Of a stretch of DNA of 64,000 bases, positions 1 through 12,333 are shown piece by piece. The translations under genes were made by a program, and so were the position numbers. This DNA is from Penicillus capitatus (taxonomy: Eukaryota; Plantae; Chlorophyta), in the NCBI GenBank assembly GCA_965649825.1, contig OZ287710.1, positions 372,001 through 436,000 on the forward strand, read 5' to 3'. Under the pieces are notes generated by a model. It was not told where the DNA came from. It saw only the letters and a list, made by a program, of their open reading frames with translations, and ran no database searches. The first letter of the stretch is position 1. Each line of letters opens with the position of its first letter.

Positions 1-967
1 AAATTCTGGACGGTAAGGCGCCGGATGGTTCCGCGAGTGAAAGCACGCCTAATAACAATGACAGAGAAACCTGTCTGGTCGTGGTCGTTCTTCTTACATT
101 CTGTTCCCGTCTCGTGACTCGGAGTATCGCTTTTTGAGTAGACGTTTATTTCCACTCTGCGAATAACTTGCATCCTGCCGATGAGAGCTGCTCATGTTAA
201 TGGTCACAGCAGCAATCACTTTCGGCGATCTATCTGCGACCGGAAGCATTAACGGCATCATTGCTGCAAGTAACGGAAGGATCGACCGGACAACGGAATT
301 CTGTCTATGGAGAGAGACCCTCCTTTGATATCAAACGACAGTCGCGGTACCTTTATAGCGCGTCGTTGTCTTACAATGCACATAGAAGATCAGAGGCTTC
401 CGATGCTGTGTCTCCTCATTCAATGAGCTCAGATCTGTTTAAGGATTCTCCTCTTTAATGCGTAGCTCAACATACAGCTCGCCACTATCCAAAGACAAGA
501 AGATCGTCAGAACTATGGAACGATCAGCGATGATGGATTAACAGAGAGGCAACAAAGGTATAAGAAGTCACACATCAGTTACATATGCTGGCGTTAAGTC
601 ACACTTTCATACCATCAATTGTCTGTTTCGCCAAAAGCATGCTGAATGTCTCAAGTCGTTCTTGTCGTGGAAACAGATGCGTTATTAAAAGATTATCTGA
701 CGTTCTCTCTCAACAAAGGACATGAGATGTGTTGTGCCAATAAACAGCAACGGTTACATGGGTCTTGGTAATGGAACGATGACTTGCACCACCATGTCAC
801 AGAAGTCCAAGCGGCAAACACTGCACATTCACAAGAATCGCACAGTGGCATTTGCGTCATACGTCAACCCAGAATTGCTGCACAATATAGATCACGTCCA
901 ACTCAGGCCCTTTGGACTTATTGCGAATGTATCAAAGCGGAACACGCAACTTTATTGCGAAGAATGA
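1..967 (+). CDS. 3' portion of an unidentified multi-exon gene (partial)
   Basis: Protein-like open segments (VTAAITFGDLSATGSINGIIAAS, LNIQLATIQRQEDRQNYG, terminal ORF 722-967) separated by intron-sized gaps. No family recognised and exon structure not resolved. Confidence 0.3.
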
Positions 968-979
968 AATGCCACCCTG

Positions 980-3900
980 TTACCTACCCAGAACCGTCCA
1001 GTCATATGCATAGCCTTTTCCCAGTGATGGGATGCATGAAGCGAAGGATTCTTGAATGCCAGTATCCATTGAGACGAGTTCGTCATAGTAATTCCACGGC
1101 TTGATAAAGAATTGAGAACCAAAGTTCGAGATGAGAGGAACATCTTCTGCTCGAGGGATATGGATGAGTCCCATCATGACCCAGGCCACCAAGTCCTCTT
1201 CGATAATTTCCTCACCTACGGACTCGGAATCAATGGATCCATGAGATCTCGTGTAGCAGCGTTACCATTCAGATAGTCATCCAATGATGCTATCGGTTTT
1301 GCTGGAGCTACCATGTCATACACTGCTTCATGGGCGAACAATTCTGCCTCTTTCCTGCATCACCGAATCAAAGTGGGATAGAGGAGCGATTTACAAAGGA
1401 GACGATACCTTTGGGCAACAGCCAGATGGTACTTTGTCCACGCTGCTGCTTTGGTGAAAGGATGTGTATCGGGTAGCAATTGTCTGGCAGTCATACCGTG
1501 CATAATAGCATACCCCCTCGGTTCTCCCCACCTAAGACAGGCATTCATGCTTTGAGCATTAGAGCAGAACGTGTGGATGGCATACGGATTGGTGAATTTT
1601 TCATTCACGAACGTGTGGACAACGGTACCGGGATCACGAATCAAAAACCCAAATTCTTTCTCCAATCGCTGTCGCTCGATATATTTAACGATGGATGCAC
1701 TGTGCCATGGTGGTGGAGAAGATCCTGTCCGTTCGGCGCTTTTCAGAGCGTCTTCCCAGGTGCCGACCTTTACTGACTGCAAACACAACCTATTACGGCG
1801 GACCTTTCTAAGGAAGATGTAAACCTGCCGGCGCACACTGTTCTCTGTTCCCAGTATATCCAAATCGACCTTCCAACCCGAAAGATGATCATGTAGTGTG
1901 GCCGTGGTATGTCTGAGAGTAAAGGAGAGTCATCACATCGTCGATCAACTGAAATCTATTTCACTTGTGAACACGTGTCCCAAATGGCATGTCGTTGGAA
2001 GTCTGTCCCTGGATGTCGTGGAAGGTTGCTAACATATAGCCTGCCAATGTCGTCTCAACCTAGGAGACTCACACTTACAAGAAAGAACGTCACATTCTAC
2101 ATACCTCAATGCTGGCATCTGGTTTGAAACGAATGCTGTAGAGGTAATCATAGTTCCCTACAGTGCCAACAGTGCGAATGACCAATGCAGAACGACGAAC
2201 AGCGTCTAGATGTGGTCCCTCCGTCCCTACACTCCTGTATCTCTCATAGCAATTGCCTTCCGCTGAGCGAACCGTTGATATGGGTATGTCTCCATTCAGG
2301 TGTCTGTCCATCTTCTTCAAAGATGCAGAGAACATCGGGAACGGTGCGGATGGATCCTGCATGGCACTCATGTGACATCCGTCCGAGTGCTTTACAGCAA
2401 CAAGATGGACGGCTGGTCTCTGACCTGATAGGAACATTTTTGTCATGGGAAAGTACTCAGCGGTTTCTGGACAGTCAATCCCTCGGCGCAATGGCAGACT
2501 GGTCACACCTAACCAATGCATTCAAGAATGGAGCTTAGATGTGCAAACGGCACCTATTCCGAAGTAGCTGTCCATGTAAACTGTTTGTCCCCCTCCGGCA
2601 TAGCCACTGTATGCAACAAATTGATCCTGCAGTGCCAGTTCATATACAATCCGATTCCCTCGGAAACGAATGTCGTGAAACACAATTCCTAAACAACAGT
2701 CAATGGCCGATCCATTGTTGCATTGACAAGAATTTGGGCACCCGTTGCCAGTCGAATTGCGACGTGACCTTCCCATCCAAGGTGCTCAAACTTAAAGCCA
2801 TTTCCAGATCCTACAGTAGAAGTTTCTTTCCAGGTCGGAGCAAAGATACGCGATCGACCTTCAGATTCGGATTTGGTCACGAAGCGCTGCCCGTCTGGAT
2901 AGAACGTTCGTGGGCCCGCTCTGTCTCCCCCGTTGCGCACCCTGATATGCACACATCATCACAGCGTGAAGGAGAGAACCACTATCCTTGCATCACCTGG
3001 TGCGTCCATTGGTACGAGACCAGCTTTCATCATAGTTATAATCTTTCCAATCTTCTGCCACACATTTTACGAGGTCTCCCTTCGAATACGCTGCCAGGAG
3101 TGCCTCTGCTGAATCAAATGGTCCCTACTCAGCCCCATAGATCTTCAGACATGCAGACAACGGAGACGCACTTGATGGCAGTACTCAAAATCGAATGCCT
3201 TCCAGTTCTCCTCGTCTTCATTCTCTTCATCGATCTTGAAGGAAATGGGAACAGAGTGAAGATTCATCTCGTCAGATCCTCCGCGTCGTGTTTTGAAGAA
3301 CCATTGAATGTGGAGTATCCTAATCCGAAAATAGATGCTGTTAGAGATCGGATGGGGCAGTTAGTTGTCAGTCCACCTCTTAGACGTGTTGCGGTCAAGT
3401 GCTGGGGATGAAAGCCAATCAATCAATCCTCGGCCGCATTCTTCTTCGCTAGCCGCTCTGATTTCCGCATCCGAATTGTCCCATCCATAACACCATCCGA
3501 CAGTATCTTTGAATATCTGCCTGAGCTTGTACGCTTCCCGTGTGACAACGGCGCCTGTCCATGTAACGCTGACAGATTCGGCCGGCCGCTTGTAGAAGAG
3601 GATTTCTGAGAGACATGAGATAGCAGTAGGGAGACAGAGCCTACATGATCATACATACATACCTCCATCTTCGCGGAGCTTTAGCATCACAACGCCTTCT
3701 ACCGGACTGTCATCTCCACCTATCCCAATCTCCGACTCCGGTTTCTTATCGCCGATCTTCAGCGGCAACGGACCGACTTTGTACTCCATAACGTCCTTTG
3801 GTCTGCTCTCCGAACGAACGACTGTCACTTTTGCGAATCTTTCAGGCACGGGTCCTTCCGCATCCAGGTAAACAAGAACTTCGGCCTTGTTGGGTTCCAT

Positions 3901-4255
3901 CAGCTCGACGCGGTGCACAAAGTTCGGACCCGCCGTCGTCGGCAGCGGTTGGCCTTTGGCTCTCGGTGTGTAATACAATCCCACTTTGTCGACAAGAAAG
4001 GCCAAAACCTCTTTTGATTCGTCTTCTGAGAGCTGATTGAATACGCGCCATGTCTCAGAGGAGTCCGGCTGAGTAACAAGGCAAGGGTCAAGAGGGTTTA
4101 GACGATCGAGACTGCCTCACCTTATCGGCATTCGTAGCGTCGGCACTGTTAGGAGCGACATCGCCGGATGATAGGTCTCTATCTTGCGTTAGAGACTGGC
4201 ACAAGGTTTTGGGGAGCCATAGCGCGAGGATCAGCAGAAGGACTTTCCGCTGCAT
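980..4255 (-). CDS. Secreted copper amine oxidase (TPQ-dependent), multi-exon
   Basis: Signal peptide MQRKVLLLILALWLPKTLC. Active-site Asp in YMDSYFG, TPQ motif TVGNYDY, Cu ligands LHDH and HIPRAED. Short GT-AG introns join the frames. Confidence 0.93.
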
Positions 4256-4515
4256 TTTGGCGAGGAAAGCTGCCACCGTCTGAATGTTCGAATAGGCAGT
4301 AATGATGCGACAGGTTTTCCTCTAAAGACCATTCTCGATGAATATCCCCACACACTCAATCCTTTATCCTGCCTGCCTGCACACGCGTGCTATTCAAAAC
4401 AAATAGAGTCCGGATCCTGACAGAATTACAAAGAACGTGAAAGGACGGATTCAATAAAACAATGTGGAAGAAGTCGGCGAAAGGCAGTGAATGCTGTGAG
4501 AATGCTTGTCGTTGT

Positions 4516-6255
4516 CTAGATCATGTATCTGAGTTGCTCACAGTTCCTGTTGGCCATCAAACAAATCACTTGTTCTGCCATTCTGGGATCGATGGTCTGT
4601 GCGACATAGCGGTGATCCAACTCTTCTAATGCGTACGACGACTGTAGAGATGTTCGGCCGTTGCAGAATTCACTAAGTCCGTGGTATTGAATACCACCTC
4701 GCAACTTTGTTATGACTGGCGAAATTGCTGCTGCTCCTGAACACTGAGAGACTTTGGAAAAGAAGGTCCCAAACGCATTCTCTTCTGTCTCGTCCTCTGT
4801 AAACTCTCCCCGACAGACATATGTCACATCTTCGTACGCAAACCACTCTCCATTGCACATGACGTATGCAGATCCTGGACTCCAAAGATTCTTTAAGCAG
4901 ACGGTTGGATTTGATGGGCCGATTCTTACCCAGTTGGTTGAATTGGACGGTCGCGGACAGCAGTCCGTTGCAATTCGATGCAAAGGCGGAGCCTCTTCCA
5001 TTGCACAAAACATCCATCCAGGCTGATGGTTGATTCGATGCCGATGAATGATGATCATTGGTGTTTGTACTGCGGGTCATCTGTTTCAAGTGATACTCCA
5101 GAACGGTGGGAGATACGTCAGAGATTTTGACATTTGTTGAGTGGTCTGTTATGACGGAATCAAAAATCGCGGCTGCCACCCGACGAGCCAGATCCGGATC
5201 GCGTTCAGCAACTTTCTTAAAATTCTCGGCCACAGGATCGCTTCTCTCAGGCTCGCTCTCAGCATAGCGATTCTCTGTCCTCTCTGGCTCGTAATCTGTC
5301 CAGCAATGACAGGATCATTCGTCAGGACACTTCTTAGCAACCTTACTCTTATTAGTCTTCGCCGTCCAGTTGAAAACCTTATGATTTGCAGACGCACACG
5401 ATTCTGCGAACATGCCAAACCATGAAGGGAAACGGTTGGAAAGACGACAATTATGCTCACTATCTGCACACATGCAAAGTCCCTTCTGTATTCGGATGCT
5501 CTGCTCATACTCGCACGACATCTGAACACGGCCAGACAACAGGTATGGTTCCTGAGAGGACTTCGTCTGGAGCTTCCTGGAAAGAAAGAACTTATGACGA
5601 CATGAGTAGGCACTATGGAATGTATCTGTCATCCCAAATGTCATCATCGTCTCTCCTTCACTGGATCCTGACTCGACGGGTTTATACACACGCATTTCTT
5701 GATTTTGCTCAAACTGTCCGTCACACAAAGTCCGAACTTCAGCCCCACCACGACCATACTGAGTGTTATTGCGAAAGGATCCAATGCAATTCACAAGAAT
5801 CTTCGTCTCCAAGATGTGTCCGGCGGCAAAGTACTGAGAGATGAAGCAATCGCTCTGCGGAGACACACGATTCTCACATGCCCATGAGAGAGAAGAAGCT
5901 GACCATGAAAGAGCCAAAACAGTTTCCTTCATCCCCGGGAATGGGTCGATAGTTGCACGTCTTGGTGCATGAGATAGTGGCATCAATGACGTGATTGGGT
6001 GTCTGTATGTGCTGGAAAGCAACTTCTGGAGGACTGCGATTCCTAACGGCCTCTTGTTGCTGTGTGCTGTGTCCAGATTGCCATCTGATGTCTTTCCATT
6101 TTTCAAATCCTATCCAAACATGGTGTGTCGGTGAATGCCACTCGAGGAGACAGACAAACGCATGAACCAGATGATCTTGAGGACGATATGTTCGGTACAC
6201 TCAACAATAAGAGTAAGAAGGAAAAGATAAAAAAGGCTGACGATACGGCGTTCAT
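4516..6255 (-). CDS. Cys-containing secreted or membrane-anchored protein of unknown function
   Basis: Hydrophobic N-terminus MNAVSSAFFIFSFLLLLLSV. Exons join through ~50-58 nt GT-AG introns (e.g. 4875-4929 links the two overlapping ORFs). Start could extend to 6492. Confidence 0.6.
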
Positions 6256-6859
6256 TGATGCTGTAGCATTGTCGTCCGTGCGACGGAGACTTGCATTCTT
6301 AACCGTTATCAGTATTTCGTTGTGCCGCGCCGGAAAGTACAGCGCTGTTCTGTTATGACATGCCTTAGCACAAACCTTTTGTCGACTTCGTCCTGGACTG
6401 TTGTATGAACACGTTGAAGAGAGGATTGTGGTAGGCCTCTGGTTACGAGGATTCTGAAGTGCAGCTGTGCGTGACGATGGTGTTGATACCATGCCTTCTT
6501 CATCCTGATGCTTAAGCAGGAGGTGGTTGAAAACAGTCTCCGAGAGTTCAGGAACTGAAACTGCTGTATATCAAGCGTCGATCGAGTCGTGCTGACAGGC
6601 GTCGCCTTTAGATAACATCCAACTGAGATTGAACGCCAGCTTCGTTGTGCATTGCAGCAGCAAACTGAGATTACCGCTTACGGCCACAACCCATTGCTCA
6701 CAGTTTTTTCGAATCAACTGTCGTTCGGGTCACGAACGAACGACAGTCTTCTCTCATTTTCCTCGTGTTTTTTGATTTCTGTCGATCTGACGTCTTTTCT
6801 CGCACCAAGCATCGTCTCTAGGAAAGGCGCGCCTATTTTTTCGCAGATCGCCACACTCA

Positions 6860-9800
6860 ATGTCAAGCACGGCGCTATACTCTACATCAACGATCTCAGA
6901 TGATGTCTCCGAAGAAGTCCGCCGCACTGAGAACATCAAAGCGCTTGTCTCTAACTCGTATGGGATGACACAATTTCTTGCCAGGACGCTTATGTTGCCT
7001 TAGTCTATCTGTGTGTCGCACGTCGGTTCTTCCAAAGTATCTCCGCGTGAAACAGGGAGAGGAGAATCTACGGAAGCCTTTTAAATGTCCAGTACGACGT
7101 ACGTCGTTGGGTTCGGCAGATCTGCGGAGACGCATTGCTGCGCGACGCACATTTGTACCGTGGGCCAAGAAACAGCCCTTTCGCCTATCTCTTTCACCCG
7201 AAGTCGGAACAGAACAAGCACCATCCGAATCAGAGTCGGACGAAGAGGAGGAAGAGACGGCGCCAATTGCAGCAGATAAACAGACTGATCTTCCCGTGGG
7301 AGCATCGAAACCAGTGAAGCGTCCAAAGAGTCATCAATGCATTCTTAGGACGGAGTAGAGCCTTTGATCCTGTGGGAGTCTGCGGATGAAGACGCCATCA
7401 AGGAGAAAGTGGAGGTGGATTCTATGCTGACGCAGTTTCTGAGACCACATCAACGGGAAGGCGTACAGTTTATGTTTGAATGCGTGACGGGTCTTCGTCC
7501 CTTTGAAGGACAAGGTATCCGAGCAAACATACCCTTGCCTGTTTACCGGGACATGGACACATCATGTACAGGGTGTATATTGGCGGATGATATGGGATTG
7601 GGGAAAACACTTCAAGGAATAACGTTGATGTGGACATTGCTACGACAAGGAGCAGATGTTCTGGGTGGCAAACCCATAGCAAAACGAGCCATTGTGGTGT
7701 GCCCAACGAGTTTAGTGTCCAACTGGGAGCAAGAATGTGTCAAGTGGCTCAAAGTTTGGTTTGGGGTGCACTTCAGACTCCCGCCAGCAGCTGCCGTCTG
7801 TTTCATCAGGGACGCGCCTCTGTGTTGGGCCTGAGCGAGACGTCGCGCGAAATGGTAATGGCTGGATTGGATGATTTTCTCAGCAAGAAGAATCCTTATC
7901 AAGTCTGTCATTCGGATAGCTACACGGAGATCGGACAGATGTTCTCCAGGTGCTCGTCATTTCGTACGAGACCTTCAGAATCCATGCTACGCGATTCAAG
8001 GACGAACATTCCTGTGATCTCTTGCTGTGCGATGAAGCTCACCGATTGAAGAACGCAGGCACTCTCACAAACAAAGTTAGGCTATCTCTGCCAGCAAAGG
8101 CCGACTATTGAAGATCGATCATTCTCAGGCATTGGCTGGATTGGCATGTAAGAGACGAGTGTTGTTGTCCGGGACACCCATGCAGAATCACTTGGACGAG
8201 GTGATCCCTTTTGTCAAAGGGCCCTCGGCAATCGTGTTTGTTTCCAGTTCTATGCTATGGTCAATTTCTGCAATCCGGGAGTTCTGGGTACGAGAGGAAA
8301 TTTCCATAAGTACTTTGAGACGCCCATACTCCTTGGACGGGAACCGGATGCAGCAGAGGAAGCTGTCGGACTGGGGCAGGAGAGAAGTGAAGAGCTGAGT
8401 GCCTTGGTGAACGATTTCATTCTGCGCAGAACGAATGATCTCCTAAGCAAACATCTACCTCCGAAGGTCTCTCGCCACTCGCTGATCCTTTTGAACCTAT
8501 CTTGGACGAGGCAGATCATCGAGATCGTGTGCTGCAATCTGGAACCCCTACAGAAATCGCTGTACAAAGCATTCTTGGCCTCAACAGCAGCCAAACGTCT
8601 CGTTGATGGAAATGCAAAGGGTGCTCTACCTGCCATTACTGCCCTAAAGAAGCTCTGCAATCATCCGAAACTGATCTATGACGAGCTCTACAGCGTGGCC
8701 GACAAAAAGAGTAGCTCAAACGGATTTGAAGTGCGTGCATCAAATCTTCTCTCTGGTGCCAGTGCATTCATTTTTACCATTGCTGTTGTTCTAGAAATGC
8801 AAAGACTTGCTGCCTCCTGGATTGTTCGGTCGGAGCTCCAGAGCCATGCCTGAGGATTGGATATCGCATTCTGGAAAGATGACGTTGTTGGCTAACATGA
8901 TGGCTATTCTGCGAAATGAGACTCGGGATAGGTGGCATCCATCCTTCCAATCTCCTTCATTTGGCTTCGCTAAACAGGATTGTCATTGTCTCAAACTATA
9001 CGCAGACATTGGATCTGATATCGATTCACTGCCAAGAGAAGTCTTACCCAGTGATTCGATTAGATGGCTCTGTTTCCATCAAGAAGCGACAAGAAATGGT
9101 TCTGCAATTCAATAATCCCAAGAACGATGAATTTGCTTTCCTTCTCAGCAGCAAAGCTGGTGGATGTGGATTGAACTTGATTGGTGCCAACCGACTCGTG
9201 TTGTTTGATCCAGATTGGAATCCGGCCACAGATAAACAGGCAGCAGCACGGGTAGGGAGGTTTCCATTAGTTTTGCTTGTTCTTGTGCAGCCTCTTCGCC
9301 TTTCTATCACGAATTGAGGATTTCACGATGAGAAATCGAATATGAGGCCACAGTGAAATCGAGACAAAAGCGAGATGTCGCTATCAATCTGTCGATGTCT
9401 AGAAATATCTCATACAGTGCGATTGACATCATTGTTTTTTGTGTGATAGGTTTGGAGAGATGGACAGAAGAAATTTGTGTACGTGTACAGATTTCTCTCC
9501 ACTGGAACCATTGAGGAGAAGATTTTCCAGCGTCAGTTGTCGAAAGAGGGTACACCTTTGCAGCATAGCATCCCACACATCCCTCATCACAAGTGTTGTT
9601 TTTAGGCCTTCAGGGTTTGGTGAATAAAAATGGAAAGGCAGCTGCCAGTGCATTGAGTGCAGAAGATTTGAAGGATCTCTTCAGCTATCAAGAAGACACC
9701 ATTTCTGACACTTTCATCTCCATGTGTTGTCCGCGTCTTGAAGAAGACGATGCTGCTTCGCCAGTAGACCCCGTCTATAAGGAACAAGTCTGTTTGTTCA

Positions 9801-10227
9801 TCTTTTGCAAGGACTGCAAATGACATGTTCATAGAGGGGTAAGCCAACTGAGGATGATCTGGTGAACTGGAGTCATCATCCTAATATCGACACTGTCAAA
9901 GACGATACCATGAAGAAGGCTGGAGCCGATATCGTGTCGTTTGTGTTCACCTGCGATGTGGAAGGTAAGGAGATTGAGCCAGAGGAACCGGAGAACGAGA
10001 ATGTACTTGATCAAAAACCGGCCAGAAGACATACAGTGCTCGGTATTCGTGATCGCAGATCTGGACTCTTGAATGAAAGACCACTATCCGTTGGCCTCTC
10101 CAAACGACTGAGTCTGCAAATACCCCTAGCAAAGCGCAGTACCATCGGACTCGGCAAGAGAAAGACAGAGAACGGCGACTCTGAAGGACGTGACCAGGAA
10201 GAAGCACATCGGCCTTCTGTCAAGTGA
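6860..10227 (+). CDS. RAD54: RAD54-like SWI2/SNF2 DNA translocase
   Basis: N-terminal ENIKALV..RKPFK..RRTFVPW. Motifs [69 protein letters not shown]. Confidence 0.95.
9288..9419 (+). ncRNA. Candidate intronic box H/ACA snoRNA
   Basis: Lies in the 198-nt RAD54 intron 9252-9449. Hairpin 1: GCCTC/GAGGC, TTCG/CGAA, TTTCT/AGAAA. Hinge contains ANANNA (AGACAA 9362-9367). Hairpin 2: GAGATGT/ATATCTC. ACA at 9414-9416. About 132 nt. Confidence 0.65.
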
Positions 10228-10346
10228 GAGATGGCAGTATGTCTGTAGAATGACGCTGACATGAATACGCATCCAGGCGAAAATATGACGTGGTCGTCAT
10301 TGACGAGTAGGGACGGTTGAAGAGAGACACACAGGGTTTGATTTCA

Positions 10347-10351
10347 TTACA
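10347..10351 (-). terminator. TGTAA polyadenylation signal candidate for PPD3
   Basis: TTACA on + strand 34 nt past the PPD3 stop. UGUAA is the established chlorophyte poly(A) signal. Confidence 0.4.
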
Positions 10352-10384
10352 CAGCTCGTCATGGTTCTGTGTGCGTAAGAGGTC

Positions 10385-11140
10385 CTAAACTTTTCCAGCT
10401 GGTGGTTTGAACGAGTTCATAATTCTCTGAATATCTGCTTGGTATTTGGCATAGTCTGTGTCTGTGCACTGAGCCGTGAGTGTGTAGAGTCGATTGTACG
10501 TCCCATCGAATCTAAGAGCGATCAGAGAAAGCAATCTCTTCGCTTCTTCATTTGGTTTCTTCAGTAAGTACTCGATGCTGTACATTCCTCTCTCGCTCTT
10601 GGCAGAGATGAGATCCGCCGTCTGCACGTCTTCGTTTCGCATCTGCCGCAGCCGAGATCCACGAAGGAGATAACGCCGATCCATGGAATTCACCAAATTC
10701 GCTCCAAATTCTTCAACAGTGCCAAAGCTTCCCAGTTTGGTGTAATCGGCTCCGGCGTTATTGATAAGCAGCGTGACATTCACATCTCTGGGTAGCACAT
10801 CTTCGGGATACCACACCAATGTGCGTTCTGCAACAGACACCTTGTTCTTCGACTGGGCCTCTGATCCTGTCCAGTTGCTGGGATAAGACAAGGCGAATCC
10901 GGCAGAGAGATCTTCATAGTCGATCAGATCCTCTTCTGCAAGCGCAGGAACAGCGCCTTCCAAAAATGAGATTACACTTAGAGAAATCGCTCCTTGAAAG
11001 AGGCGACGTCTCGGCAGCGATCTCTCTCCCGTGCGCGAGATCTGAGTCTGTGAATAGGAAGAGCATTCGCATCTGGAACAGGAGGCGACAGTGTTGCGGG
11101 ACTGTCGACCGAGCGGAGATCGCAGACTTATCATGTGCAT
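10385..11140 (-). CDS. PPD3: PsbP-domain protein (PPD3-like), thylakoid lumen
   Basis: Transit peptide, twin-Arg RRRLF, hydrophobic stretch and ALA cleavage site. PsbP motifs YTKLGSFG and RLYTLTAQC. Single exon. Confidence 0.85.
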   Translation of the reverse strand: MHMISLRSPLGRQSRNTVASCSRCECSSYSQTQISRTGERSLPRRRLFQGAISLSVISFLEGAVPALAEEDLIDYEDLSAGFALSYPSNWTGSEAQSKNKVSVAERTLVWYPEDVLPRDVNVTLLINNAGADYTKLGSFGTVEEFGANLVNSMDRRYLLRGSRLRQMRNEDVQTADLISAKSERGMYSIEYLLKKPNEEAKRLLSLIALRFDGTYNRLYTLTAQCTDTDYAKYQADIQRIMNSFKPPAGKV

Positions 11141-11227
11141 CGTCGCATTAAGACAGCAAAGGTGAGCATTAACTTGGAGACGCTCTCCTGCACGCGATAC
11201 TCCCTTGAACGCTCTTGAGAAACAGAG

Positions 11228-12213
11228 ATGTCAATGAAATTGTCCCTTGCTCTCAGAACGCAGCCGCGTTGCTTTCCTCCCCAACGAACGCCATACCATG
11301 ACAGACTGTAAGCAGTGTCGAAAGAGATCGTATCCCTGCTGAGTATAAATGTTGATATGAAGGACTTGTAAAGCAGGAGAAAGGTCATTGCGTTTGCCAG
11401 GAAGTCCTGGAGAGACGGCAGATCAGGCGGTGACTGCTGCACAGACTGCTTTAAATGACGGCCTCACAAAACAGTGCATTGAATTTCTGCCACCTCTCAC
11501 AGGCGCAACAGAAATCGATGATTGGTAAGGCACGACGGTATTCAATCTGCTGCAGATCCCCACCACAAGATGGGTTGTTTTCAAGGCCAGGCGGCATTCA
11601 GCAAATGTTCAATGCCATTCTGCCAACAGTGGAGCGCTTCTTACTGGGCGTCAAGAGAATAGACGCCCTGCAATGCACATTGCAATCTCAGATGCTGGAG
11701 GAAGGCGACGCCACTGCCTTCTGGAGTGGTGAGCATCTGAAGGCCCTTCTCTTTCCGACACCCGAAGCTCTTCTCAAAGCCAAATCCATGGATCCCCAAG
11801 ATGCCAAGCTCTTTCTCCTGATCAATCCGCAGTGGCAAGAAGGCCAAGTTATCTCAGACTTCGGTTTTGGCCAAAGAAAAAAAGATATCGAATCTTTTTT
11901 GGGAGACTTCCAGTACACGTACTTCCTCAAGACGTACAGAATCGAGGGACTGAGCATACGGTTTGTCTTGCCTAATCGAATCTCCTGGCCTTCTCATGTT
12001 CAGTACAGTGTTCTGAGGTGTTACCCCAACGACTGGTGCATTTTACTGGCTGACAACGAAGGCAAGGAGATCTGTCTGAGCGAAGACAAGGACAGACCAA
12101 ACTATAAACGCATCCAGAAAGTGCTTCAAGAAAAAGGACTGGTGTCCGGTACTCTGTTTGAGAAGCTGAAAAAAGAGTTCGATTTCAACATCCAATCCAT
12201 TAGAGATCCCTGA
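11228..12213 (+). CDS. DUF1995-family plastid protein
   Basis: Spliced product reads LPGSPGETADQAVTAAQTALNDG..IDDWPGGIQQMF..LLFPT..LLINPQW..DFGFG..VLRCYPNDW. Transit-peptide-like N-terminus. Confidence 0.75.
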
Positions 12214-12333
12214 ATAGAGATTTCAGTATCGATTTTGGCTCTGCAGGGAGGGGGTTCTATCATGTACTGCGTCTCCGGTTAAAGTATCGCGACACCGCAT
12301 CTGTTTCAGGTTGTGCTTTGAGCGTGCGTTGTG

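Noticed and set aside
4673-5233. Two long overlapping same-strand ORFs (dual coding or frameshift?)
   Set aside because: A 55-nt GTAAG..CAG intron at 4875-4929 switches between the frames.
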